A model generated the notes under the pieces. It did no database searches. It worked only from the letters and a program-made list of their open reading frames with translations, and had not been told where the DNA came from. A program made the translations under genes and the position numbers. This document shows positions 41,536 to 53,255 of a stretch of 64,000 nucleotides of DNA, piece by piece (position 1 is the stretch's first letter; each line of letters opens with the position of its first letter). Source of the DNA: Nageia nagi (taxonomy: Eukaryota; Plantae; Pinophyta); assembly GCA_050084985.1 (NCBI GenBank), contig JBITNC010000001.1:9300001-9364000 (forward strand), in the 5' to 3' direction.

Positions 41536-42375
41536 TGTAGACACCTAAATATGTCCCTTTTTAACTAGTAAACATTGGAATAATCATAACTCTTTGTGAC
41601 AATATAAAATAGGTTTAAAAACCATATTATTGGATAGCTCTCATCAAGTACATGCAAAACAAGTGGTCACATGACCCCTTTTTGGTAAACATTGACTATT
41701 TGGTGGTCATTTTAATATTGTTATAAAAATTGAAAACTAGTCGCCAGCGACCCAAAACAATCGTCAATGTTTTGAGATGATCGCCGACATCCACCTAGTA
41801 ATCGCTGGCGACCCTATAACAGCCGAACAGAAACCAAAAATAATAAAAGAAAGTTGTAATGTCTCATTCTTCCAAGATGCTATGGATAGAGGGGGTCGGT
41901 TACGACCTACGGTGGCTTTTGACTCCCCCTTACCAGCCTTGGAAAATCTCACCCAAAAATCTATAAATACAAGCCTATACAAAGCAATAGGGACCCATTT
42001 TTGAAGTAGGGTAATGCTGCCCAAATCTTGTGAGCTCATACCCTTTTATTGTTTTATGCTAGTTTCAATTTAATACATGTCATACATAGATGCTTTGATG
42101 TTATTATCTTTTGCATGTGTGTAGGATTTACAGGTTGTCCATATCAAGGAGAGAAGCAAGCAAATCAAAAATAATGAAGATCTAATACTCTCATTTTGGC
42201 AAATGGCATTTGTAAAAGTCCTCTCCAAGGGCAAATTGTAGTTTGAGCTGAAAATCAATATCAATTTGTAATTACAACATTTCTACCTATTTTACATAAT
42301 TTGAAGTTCAGTGAAAATCTAAGAATAATTGTATTTTATGTTATTCTGCATTTCAGCTCTATTTTCACTATAACA
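41536..42375 (+). repeat. 5' LTR of the nested element
   Basis: 840 bp; about 27 substitutions + 2 small indels vs the 3' LTR by manual count (about 96-97% identity). CTATAAATA TATA-like box at about 41961. Confidence 0.95.
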
Positions 42376-42378
42376 TTC

Positions 42379-42395
42379 TAATGCTAGAAGGAGGG
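42379..42395 (+). promoter_or_regulatory. Primer-binding site, tRNA-Asn type (degenerate)
   Basis: TAATGCTAGAAGGAGGG vs TGGCGCTAGAAGGAGGG, the complement of the plant tRNA-Asn(GUU) 3' end as recalled. The 3 differences are all transitions. Confidence 0.7.
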
Positions 42396-42789
42396 CTCCT
42401 CCATCATTGATAGGGAGGAAATCTATTGCAGAAATGCCAATAATTTATGGTCGAACGCCAGCGATTGGAATCGAACATCGACGACTCAAAAGAAATGCCA
42501 ACGATCTATGTTTAAACGTCGATGACTCTTACTCCAGGTAGTCTTGTCTCCTTTTTGTAATTTCTAAATAAATAAATAAATAAATAAATATATATAATAT
42601 ATATATAATAATATTGTTAAAATAGAAGGATACTTTTGATTGTGATTCCTTTGCCTAGAATGCATATAGGAACGGATAGAAAAGGTTAAATGTATTTTTT
42701 TTATTAATTTACTTTATGTATAATGTTATGTATTTATTTTCATGTTTTGGTTGAAGGGTACGTACATATTAATACTTTTTATCTTGTCT

Positions 42790-43480
42790 ACTTATGCTCT
42801 CCCTTTGTGCTTCATGCGATCTAAGGTGACCAAAATAGACCTAATAAGAAGGAGTAATTAATACTTCTTTTCTTTCACATTCACACTATCATTAATTTGG
42901 TTAATTTATCCACACATAATGACCTCTTACCAAGTCTACCCTTACCACTCCATTGGAGGTCGAAGGGATATGTGACTAGTAAGAGGAGGTAATTTACTAC
43001 ACATAATACTTCCACAATTGGAAGGAGTAAATGAATCACACTAAATTTGGAATGAACTTAAGGAAATAAATCGGGTTTTTGGGTAGTATAAATCATATTA
43101 AAAGGTTAATGAATTGGATGGATTCAAATACACTAATTACTTTCACTTAATAAAGTATGCTCTCACTTTTGCGCTTCAAGCGATCCTAAGTGATCAAAAA
43201 TAAGTTAAGTGAAAGAGGTAAAATTTATTCACATCTTATTTGGAAATATACTTCACATTAACACTCTTAAAGATGTCTGCCATTACCACTCCATTGGAGG
43301 TCGAAGGGATATGTGACTCTTGGAGGAGTAATTGAACCTCACTTAATTAATTTATCTACACTTAATGGCTTTTACTAAGTCTGCTCTTACCACTCCATTG
43401 GAGGTCGAAGAGATATGTGACTAGTAAGAAGAGGAAATTTATCACATATAAAACTTCTACAGCTGGAAGGAGTTAATGAA
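42790..43480. repeat. Leader repeats with three near-identical 36-nt cores
   Basis: TTACCACTCCATTGGAGGTCGAAG(G/A)GATATGTGACT at 42942, 43283 and 43387. Second module ATGCTCTC.CTTT...GCTTCA.GCGATC at about 42794 and 43158. Confidence 0.9.
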
Positions 43481-44292
43481 CATCATTAAGAGGTTGGATA
43501 ATGAATCACATTATAATTAAAAAAGAACAATGGGGTTTATTAAGGTCAAAGATCCACTTAAAATAAACTTTTGATTGTATCACATTAAGATAAGATAGTA
43601 AATGGACATGAATGTTTGGGAGGGTAGTATGCATAAATGTATTTTACTTGTTTAAATGCATTTCATAAAGCCCTAAAGGAATAATTGAACATTAACGAGT
43701 TGGATGTCATTACCAACCGTTAATTCTTACTTATTTGTACCCACTGACATAACACACTTGAATCCATAGAGCCAAGTTACACTTGGAGGTGATGACCAAG
43801 GTGACTTTCCCATAGGTAGGAGTCAAAAAAGGAGACTCATCTAGAACCAAGCCAAAAGCCATAGATACTTGTAAACATTACTTAGAATTACCCAACCTAC
43901 CTTGTTTAACACTTGACTAGTCAAAACAAACTAGGAAAATTAAAAGGATTGAAAATGAACAACTCATATCGTTCATTTATTTTAGATATTTAAAAATATG
44001 TGAAAACTTAAAAAAGATAATCATATCATTAAAATAAAACTTGCATGTAGGTGTTTGTGCATTGAATTGTCTTTTCAAAAATATAAACATAAAAGATAAA
44101 AATAAAATTTCTTTTACGACGTTTGTTCATAAAAAAAAGAAAAAGAAAATGTTCAAATACTCAATTGACATGTTTTATTTATGGAATGATATAATAGGTC
44201 ATACAAAGGAATAGGTTTAAAAGATGATTAAAATTTGATTTTATTTAAGTTTTTTACTTTGAACCCCCTTTGTAACAAATAGAAACATAGGC

Positions 44293-47200
44293 ATGTGTCA
44301 GTCACTCTAGATCCATACAAATCTTGAATTGTTGAGAACAATTAAAAGGCCTTTGAATTTTATCATTATGAGGTTTGTCTTGGTTGCACTTTTAAATTAT
44401 GTTCCATTTTCTATCAAATTAAAACCAAAAATACATAGACTATGGTCACATCTTGCCAAGACAACCTTAGATACTTATTCTACTTCAAAGGTCATGAAGA
44501 GTGATTTTTATATCGACATTGAAAAGCTTTTAGCATACTTAGCAAAAATAGAACAATGTACTATACCTCTTCTTCAATCCTCAAAAAGCCTTGTTAGATC
44601 CCATGAAGAGCTAGAGTATAGTTCTTCCATTCCTTCGCCCTCATCATGGGATGAGTTTGACACTAAAAATAATGAGTCCATCATAAAGATTGAAAACTCA
44701 TCGACACATCTCATCAAATTAAAATCTTGTTGTGCATCCCCTTTTGAGACTATTGAACCTAATGAATCCAATTTGCTAAGGGATGAATCGAGTATTAATG
44801 CCAAATGCCTTGATGCAACATCCTATGCTAAATCATATGACCTCTTAGAGTTAGATACCTTGATGTCTTCACCCCAAACTTGGGATGAATATGATATTAA
44901 AGAAGAGGAGTTTGACATGAATCTTGGGGATCTTTCAGAACATTCTTCAGAATTGCAATTTCATTCTCCTCCCTTCTAGAGGCTACAAGACCTTCTATTG
45001 ATTCCCATGAATCTCATGATATTCTTGAGTTCAAAGATGAAACTTGTTCACTCTCATCACAGGTAGAAATTGAAGAGCCTCACATAAGAATTAAAAAATC
45101 CATAGATTGTATTATTGAATCTCAAGAATTTCAATCACAAAGAAATGAAAAATATAAAAATAAAATTTCCAAATCTAACACACATGAGCTTAGGAATGAA
45201 CATCCATGTGGGGAAACAACACACCATGATAATGATACAAAGTTTTATGAGGATGAATGTTGTTCAAACCCACTAAAAATACCTTCAAAATATCAAACTA
45301 GCTTGATGAAAAATTGGGAATGTGATAAAGAAGATAGCCCTACAACAAATAAATTACTTAGGAATATTTTCTATGATGAAAAAGCTAAGAATATTTTGCA
45401 AAGGGAATCCCATAAACAACAACAAGCATGTTCTTCTCACGATCAACATGACAAAACCTTCAATGAGTTTGTCGACAAAATGAGACAAGAAGAGATGAGG
45501 CAAAAGCATGATGTAAAAACTTATGCAAACCAAAAGAGTCAAGCTTGGGTGCAATTATCATCACCTCTTAATTACCAAGTATGGAGATATCAAGAATCTT
45601 ACTCTAATCAACAAAGAGAATCGTCTCTTGAGAGTTTAGATTATCAACCTCAAAGCCCCTCTTCACAAGCTAGGATAACTGACCCCACCTATCAAAAAAC
45701 ACTTCATAGGGCTAGGTCTTGTATGGAAGATTTTGATAGAATGACCTTGTATTCAGTAAGAACCTCACAAACAAATCCTCAATGTAAGATCTCAAACAAA
45801 TTCTTCTATGATCCTTATTCCTATGAGAAACACTCATCGCAAGAAAAACATAAAAAAGCTTTAGCTAAACAATTCAAGGTAGGAGAGATACCCTCTTTTG
45901 CAGAGTTGGAGGCAAAGAGAAAACACATAGAGAGAGATTATGAAGAAACTATAAACTTTAGCAAAAGATATGAAGGTGTTCAAAGTAAGTTAGAAGAGGA
46001 AGCTAAACTTAAAGAAAAGAATATAGAACTCAAAGAAAAAGAAAAGCAAGAGCTTGACAAACAACGACAAATTTTTGATAAGGTAAAACAAGAAATTCAA
46101 GATAGTTGGTTACTTCATGATAAGTCTCAACAAAATAAAGTACAACCATCTACAACTCTTATAAATCCAATGCAAGGGCATCATTTACCTTCTAATCTTC
46201 CATCATTATCATCTTCACCATTGTTATCAAGATCTCTTTCTAATGATGAATCTTATAATTCAGAACTAAAGTCAGAAAGAAACACCAATCATAGAAGATA
46301 CCAAAAACATCCTCAGGGTAGTTGGATAGATAAAGAATTAGAAGATTTCATGAAGGATTTCATGAAAAAGGAAATGAACATATCAAGGTTAAATAAGTTG
46401 ACATATGATAATATTTGCAATGAACCCATCCATCCAAGTGTCCCTAAGAAGAAATTATCTTACAACTTGGAAATACCTAAGATAATTCCTTTTATAGGAA
46501 ATAAGGATCCTAAGGAACATTTAAGGTGGTTTAAGTTTTCAAATTACCTAATTTATAATGATTAGGACTTGATGATACATTTATTCCCCATGACGCTTGC
46601 AGCCCAAGCCTTGGAATGGTATAATAATTTGCCATGACATAGTATTTATTCATTTTCTCAATTGGCAAACTTGTTCTTACAACATTTTAGGATTAATATC
46701 AAAGAGGAATCTTCTATTACAGATCTTGTAGAACTAAAATAATCTCAAAATGTATCAATTATTGACTTTGTTTCATGATGGAAGAATATACTTTATGGCA
46801 TGCCCTATACCTTACCTCAAGAGGAGTTAGTTAGATTATTCAGTCAAAACTGTTTAAGGCCTATAGCTAGTATATTACAAATCCAACAATATAATACTCT
46901 CGAAGAAGTTATCGCTCAAGTAGTTATAATTGAGAAGGTCAAGATCAAATACGGTGAAATAAAAATTATGAGAACAGGAAAATATAACAAAAATGAGTAT
47001 TGTAATTATCACCATCAAAGAGGTCATAGTACAAAAAATTGTCTAGCATTGAGAAATAGAACTCAAAATTCAATCAAATATAATAACTTGGAAGTTGAAG
47101 ACCATACTTCTATTTCAAATCAAAATTTAAAAAATTATCAAGACTCACTTCCTTCATATCAAGTAAATATAGTATCTATTGTACCTAATTACAGTCAAGT

Positions 47201-48286
47201 GACACCCACTTGGAATCCAAGTAATCAACCTATTATAAGAATAATTGGAGTTGGTACTGGAACTCAAAACATGCAAGAAAAACAAATTGATATATCATAT
47301 AATCAAAAATCCAAAATGCAAGTTCCTCCATTGATACATCAGCCTATAATTTCTTTTTATGACCATGAGAGACAACCAAACAAGGGACTTCAAGGGTTAG
47401 ATCCACTTCTCCATGTCATCGGTAAAGTAAATGGTAAAATTGTTAAGAGGATATTAATAGATGAAGGTCAGATGTCAATATCATATCTACATTAGCATAT
47501 CACAAATTGAATCTTCCTTTCTCTCATATTTCTTTACCATCATTACAAATAAAAGCATTTAATAATGCCTTATATTCAACAATAGGGTCGATAGTGTTAC
47601 CCATCACCATTAGATGTAAGACGATACAAACATCATTATATATCATTGAATGGAACATTGAACAATATAATATTCTTTTAGGTAGACCATGGATTCAAGA
47701 AATGGAATGTGTCCCATCTACATTTCATGGTTGTCTAAAATACATTCATGAGGGAGTACTCCATTGTGTACAAAGAGATGAAAATCCATACTCACATTAT
47801 AATATTACAAAATCATCGAAAACAAAACCTCCTCTGCAAAATTCAAAGGGAAAATCATCATCCATCTTTGCTAGGCAAGGGCATAATCATAAAGATATGA
47901 GATGGGAATTAAAATCCAAAGATGATTACATCGATGGAATGTAATCTTTGGAACAACCTAAGAGGGTGGTAGATCATATAATGAAAGAAAACCTAAATCC
48001 TAAGTCAATAAAATATGATAAGTATGGACATCATGTTTATCATCATCACTTGGGGCATAATACTAAACATTGCCACCAATTAAATCATGCCCTTAATGAT
48101 TTGATGGATGATAGACAATTTGAAGTAGATATACCTTTATTGATAGATAACAATTTACATCATCTACAAAATACATACATACGTTCCACACAATTAAACA
48201 ATGATAAATTATGTTATTTGAATAAGGATATTCAATCTCCTTCACATCGTTCACATTGGGGCAGTCATCCCCCATCTTACTTTTGA
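44293..48286 (+). pseudogene. Extended Gag-protease polyprotein of the nested element (about 1330 codons; a few stops and 2 frameshifts)
   Basis: Long N-terminal extension with a coiled-coil-like stretch; Gag core LEIPKIIPFIGNKDPKEHL..FPMTLAAQALEWYNNLP; knuckle CNYHHQRGHSTKNC (47001); protease KRILIDEG...YNILLGRPWIQEMECVPSTFHGCLK; second knuckle-like module at about 48029-48073. Confidence 0.88.
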
Positions 48287-49569
48287 TCTCCTCATGTTCT
48301 ACATAGATCACATTGGGGCAGTTGCCCTTCATCATAAAAAAAAAATCATCAAAACATGATTTAGAAATCACACAAACATCAAAATATGATTAAAAAACTA
48401 AAATGATCATATCTGATTTTGAAATAGGTTATAATATGTTTATTGCATTTCCATGTCTTCCCCTTTTTTCCACCTCATATTCATCCCCCATTATGTTGGA
48501 ATATTTGAGTATTAGATTATATTCTAGCAATTCATCAAGGCATATATACTATACATTATCCATGATCATTTCCATACCATTATACAAATATGTTTAAGAC
48601 TTATGAAATTAATATTCTTATTGACTTTACCAACCTTCATCATGAAATTTTTGAAATTTTGGATGATAAACAAACATGACTATGATACACTTAAGGTTAT
48701 TACGGACTCATACACATCTTTACATTTAAATAATCTTAAAACAATCAAGAATGAGGTGTTACAAGAGCATGATTTCGAGCGAAAGTATTACATGTTCATC
48801 CTATTATTCGCTTCATCTCAAACCCAAGAATCATTTGATAGTTAAAAAAAAAGAGGTGAAAAGAGATGACAAAAGTAAAAAAAAAAAAAATTACTACATC
48901 ATATCAATGATTCTTGGGTGATCACAATATCCTCTACCGGGGCTATGGATGCCTGATTGGCAGTAGAGCAAGGTTGTAGTGGGATCGAGGGGTTAATCCT
49001 CATCGAGGTTATGGATGCCTATCTGGCAATGGGGCATATCTTACGAGTGGCAACATGTCCATATTGGTTAGTGACCTTCTTTCCTATGGACCTCTGTACG
49101 TTTCATATGGATGAACTAGCTTATATATTTTATGCTCTTGTGACATTTAGTTTGAGATTGTCTAGAGATGGAAATAAACATCATTGCACACACATGAGTC
49201 TATGATAATTTTGAGAACATCATGACTTTGTTTTATATCATCTAAAGAAGGAAAAATCTAATGGTGATTGGTTAATATGGTCAACTTGAATACTATGATC
49301 ATTACATTTCTTCATCATCCCATGCCTCCATCCCATACTATTTATTATTACATAGTAATTAATATTACACTTATATTTATCAATTCCTTGATGAGTTGAT
49401 TAGTTTATCTCTCTAAATACTCAATACATCCTATGTCTATTCATTTGTTATACTATTTTCATATTAACATCCACTACCCCCCATACACATTATACTATAC
49501 CAACTTTCATATTTTATCATCCAACATCCATATATTTCCTAATCCATATTTATCGATTATTAAAGTGGA

Positions 49570-49940
49570 GGTGCTTCCATATTATTTGAGAAAAAGAGCA
49601 AGTAATTTCTCTCCCCATTAATATGGGAGTCAACATTGTTGTTGTTAAAACCTTTTGCTTCTATTCTTATCTACAAGTTTAAGCAAGAAATTGCCCTTAG
49701 TAGATTGATAAAAGTCAACCCTAGAACATTGTTAAATTTTATAGCTTCCATTATTCTTTGAGATCAAGAATAAGAAATTATTCTCCCCATTGAATTGGAA
49801 GTCAATGTTCTTTTCCTATCATATCCCATCCATTTCAACCCCCTAGAACATCGTTAAATTTAATAGCTTCCATCATTCCTAGGGATCAAGAGTAAGAAAT
49901 TGCTCTTCCCTTTGAATTGGAAGTTGATGTTCTTCTCCCC
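49570..49940. repeat. About 120-bp direct repeat (2 full copies + 1 partial)
   Basis: CCCTAGAACAT.GTTAAATTT.ATAGCTTCCAT...GATCAAGA.TAAGAAATT...TTGAATTGGAAGT at about 49719 and 49841; partial copy at about 49573-49635. Confidence 0.8.
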
Positions 49941-52158
49941 TTTCCATTCATTATCATCTACCCATAAATTGAATGTGTGTCACATCTTGTTCCATATCCC
50001 TTGTACATGTTATCATAAAATAAAAAGTATTAGCAATCAAGTTTGGTAAATGATACAATCTAATACTACAATTTTTCAAATCATTGTCCATAAATTTGAA
50101 AGTATTTAATAATATCAAAATCAACATCGATGATTGAAATAACAATAAAACTAATAACAATAATTGAAGTACTTATTTGAACTTAGAGATACACTATCAA
50201 TGTGTAGCACATCAAAGTACATTCATGATTAAAGTTTAAAATCATGCTTTTAAATTTCTTAAGAATGAATAACAAAATAAATAATATATATCATTTATCA
50301 TTATGTTGATCTTTGTAGCAAACTTGATTTTGTATCACCATCTCGATAAATGAAGTAGAATACATTTGTCTTGTTTTCGAGCCTTATTCAACAAAAAACC
50401 CCAATCATGGAAAAACATGTTTCTAATGATTTTTGCAAGAAATGATAATGAAACCCATTCTGCTAGGGCAAATAGCAAAATTATCAAACATTAAACTGTT
50501 ATCTACTTTGAAAGGACTCCACATCACATACATGCTAATGGCAAGGAGCCTATGGAATAAAGTGTTCCATGAAATAGCATTTGTAGACAAGCATGAGTAC
50601 TTAGTAAAATGTAGAACTTATTTTCAAAATACTTTGATTGCAAAAATTCAAAAAGTTTATGTTTGATCATAATTTAGGGCAACTATGATTGTCCATGACC
50701 CGAAGCAAATCATTTGCCTCTACCATCAACCAACAAAATCAAGATTTAAAATATTCATACATAAGTTGATAAACTCAAGTGTATGAGTCTTAACTTAACC
50801 ACTTACCAACCTCAAGTATATTATCACCTACTTATGAGTCTAGTGATATTTGTATAAGTCTATAATGATAACATATTAGTTTGTTTATATCTTCTTAAGA
50901 TACATGACTATGTTTGCTCATCACATTTGCCATTAAAAAAAAAATGTTTGCAGTTCAAAAAATAAATAAATAACAAAAAGGTCCTACAACTAGGTAAGAT
51001 GGAGCTAATCATGAAAGAAACACCAAGCATTTACAATAATAAAACATCTCATCATTATCGATATGTTACAACATTTACAAAAGTATGAGTGGGGCACTGA
51101 GCAATCCACTCTATACAAAATGCATTCACGACAACAATGCAAGATGAAAATCATGTATCACATATACATTTACATTCATGAAAAAATTGTATGTGATTAC
51201 ACACAAGTGTCAACCATTCGTCATATTCATACATCACATATATGTACTCATGGGAATAAGTCAAAACATGAAGAAGATAACCAAATAAACATGCAAACTC
51301 GATCATAAACAATTTCATCATGAATCCTTGATAAGACAAACACCATTTATTATTTATGACCTTACAATGAATCATGAACTCCCTAGTTCAAATCATATGT
51401 CATGTTATGCATGTTTAGTCATCACTTATTGTTATACGTATTCAGGAAACCCTAGTCATCAAAAAACACGATTCCAATGATTTTTGTAAAACATATTCTT
51501 CTAGAGTAATAACATAATAATCAAAATTTTAATTAGTGCACACAAAAGGGGACTTCATGTCATATACCTGACTTAGCTCCATACATTTCCTTAGGGTAAA
51601 CACCAGACACCCATGTAATGATATATGAAAACAAGCCTTTAGTACCTATTTGGTGTACAACCAATGTGTGTTCAAAATACTTCAATTGCAAAGCTCAAGA
51701 AATCATACCTGGATAATTGGGGTAAATACAATTTTCGATGACCTAAAATCACACCTTATGTTCACCTATAAATGATTGAAACAATAAGGTTAGAATCATT
51801 CATACATTCATCTTACTTGTTCACTAGCTAATATGTATTAGTTTTTTGAACAGTCTATCATCATCATCAATGACATCATTAGTCAGTTCAAAAGGGGCCA
51901 TAATGCTAAGATTAGCACCACAATCAAAGTAAGCCTACGATCACATAATAAGACCATGGCTACATCTCTCTTAAAATGTACCCAAAACATTGTTAATTAC
52001 AAAATCGAAAGTTATATGTATACTCACGGTTAAGGTAATTAAGATTGCCTATAACCTAAAATAAGATATTTATGCTCAATATGATTCTAAAATACTTATG
52101 CAAAAGATCATCACGAAACCCATTCTGCTAGGTCAAAAGCAGAGAAAAGTGAAAGATG

Positions 52159-52600
52159 ACTTGTATATACAAAACAAGCTTCCTATCACATACTCGCTTC
52201 GGCATGCATAGACAAACTAGATTCTTGTCATGCAACTACCATAAACAACACATAATATGGAGATAAAAACAAGTGAAGTTTTGATATACAACATCAGTAT
52301 CTCAAACTTGTATATACAAAACAAGCTTCCTATCACATACTCGCTTCGGCATGCATAGATAGACTAGAGTCTTGTCATGCAACTGCCATAAATAGCACAT
52401 AGTATGGAGATAAAAACAAGTGAAGTCTTGATATACAACATCACTATCTCAAACTTGTATACATCAAATAAGCTTACCATCACATACTCGCTTCGATATG
52501 CAGAGACAAATTAGAGTCTTATCATGCAACTACCATAAACAACACATAGTATGGAGATTGACACAAGTGTAGTTTTGATGTATTACAATATCATTTTCAA
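52159..52600. repeat. 147-bp tandem repeat x3
   Basis: ACTTGTATA... unit starts at 52159, 52306 and 52453; exact 147-nt period. Confidence 0.95.
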
Positions 52601-52673
52601 AATGTATCAATTGCAAAAGTTAAAAAATCATATTCAATCATGGCAAGGACTATCCTCATGACAACACCAGATG

Positions 52674-52676
<3 letters not shown>

Positions 52677-52710
<34 letters not shown>
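52677..52710. repeat. (AT)17 microsatellite
   Basis: Read directly from the sequence. Confidence 0.95.
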
Positions 52711-52714
<4 letters not shown>

Positions 52715-53255
52715 AATAAGTTTTGATTCAGAAAGCTATAATTATATCCTACTAAAAGATCTTAAGCTTTATACAAAAAAATATTTTGATGATATTTTTA
52801 AAAAAATATCGTTAACATTTACGAATATCAAAGAAGATAAAATGTGATGTATCATTGTTACAGGAGATCATCTTGAAACCCCATTGTCGGGACAAAGGAC
52901 AACATCATCAAAACTCATATACTAAAGAAAACTTATACGGTACATGTGTGCTTAGACATGCAAAATGACATAATAGAAATGTCATGGAACTGTCACACAA
53001 GCTCAACACATCATCATACCGAAAATAGTCACTTCTGAAGTATATTCAAATTTATTTTCAAAACTACATCAAATGTTAAAAGAAAACACATTTTATCATA
53101 ATTTGATAAATTAAAATTTCGATTCATCTAAGAAATTGAGTCAAAACTTATATCATAAAAAAACAACAACAAACAATCAAGCAACAAAGCTTCTCATTCT
53201 ATATTTTTGAAATCATCAACCGCATTTTCGGTTGATAATTCAAAAAGGGGCAAAA

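Noticed and set aside
41764-42264. Duplicated short ORFs (also at 53497-53987)
   Set aside because: They are duplicated only because they lie in the two LTRs; no recognisable protein.
42942-43422. 36-nt palindromic repeats as a CRISPR array
   Set aside because: Only three copies, gaps of 305 and 68 nt with homologous flanks, located in a retrotransposon leader.
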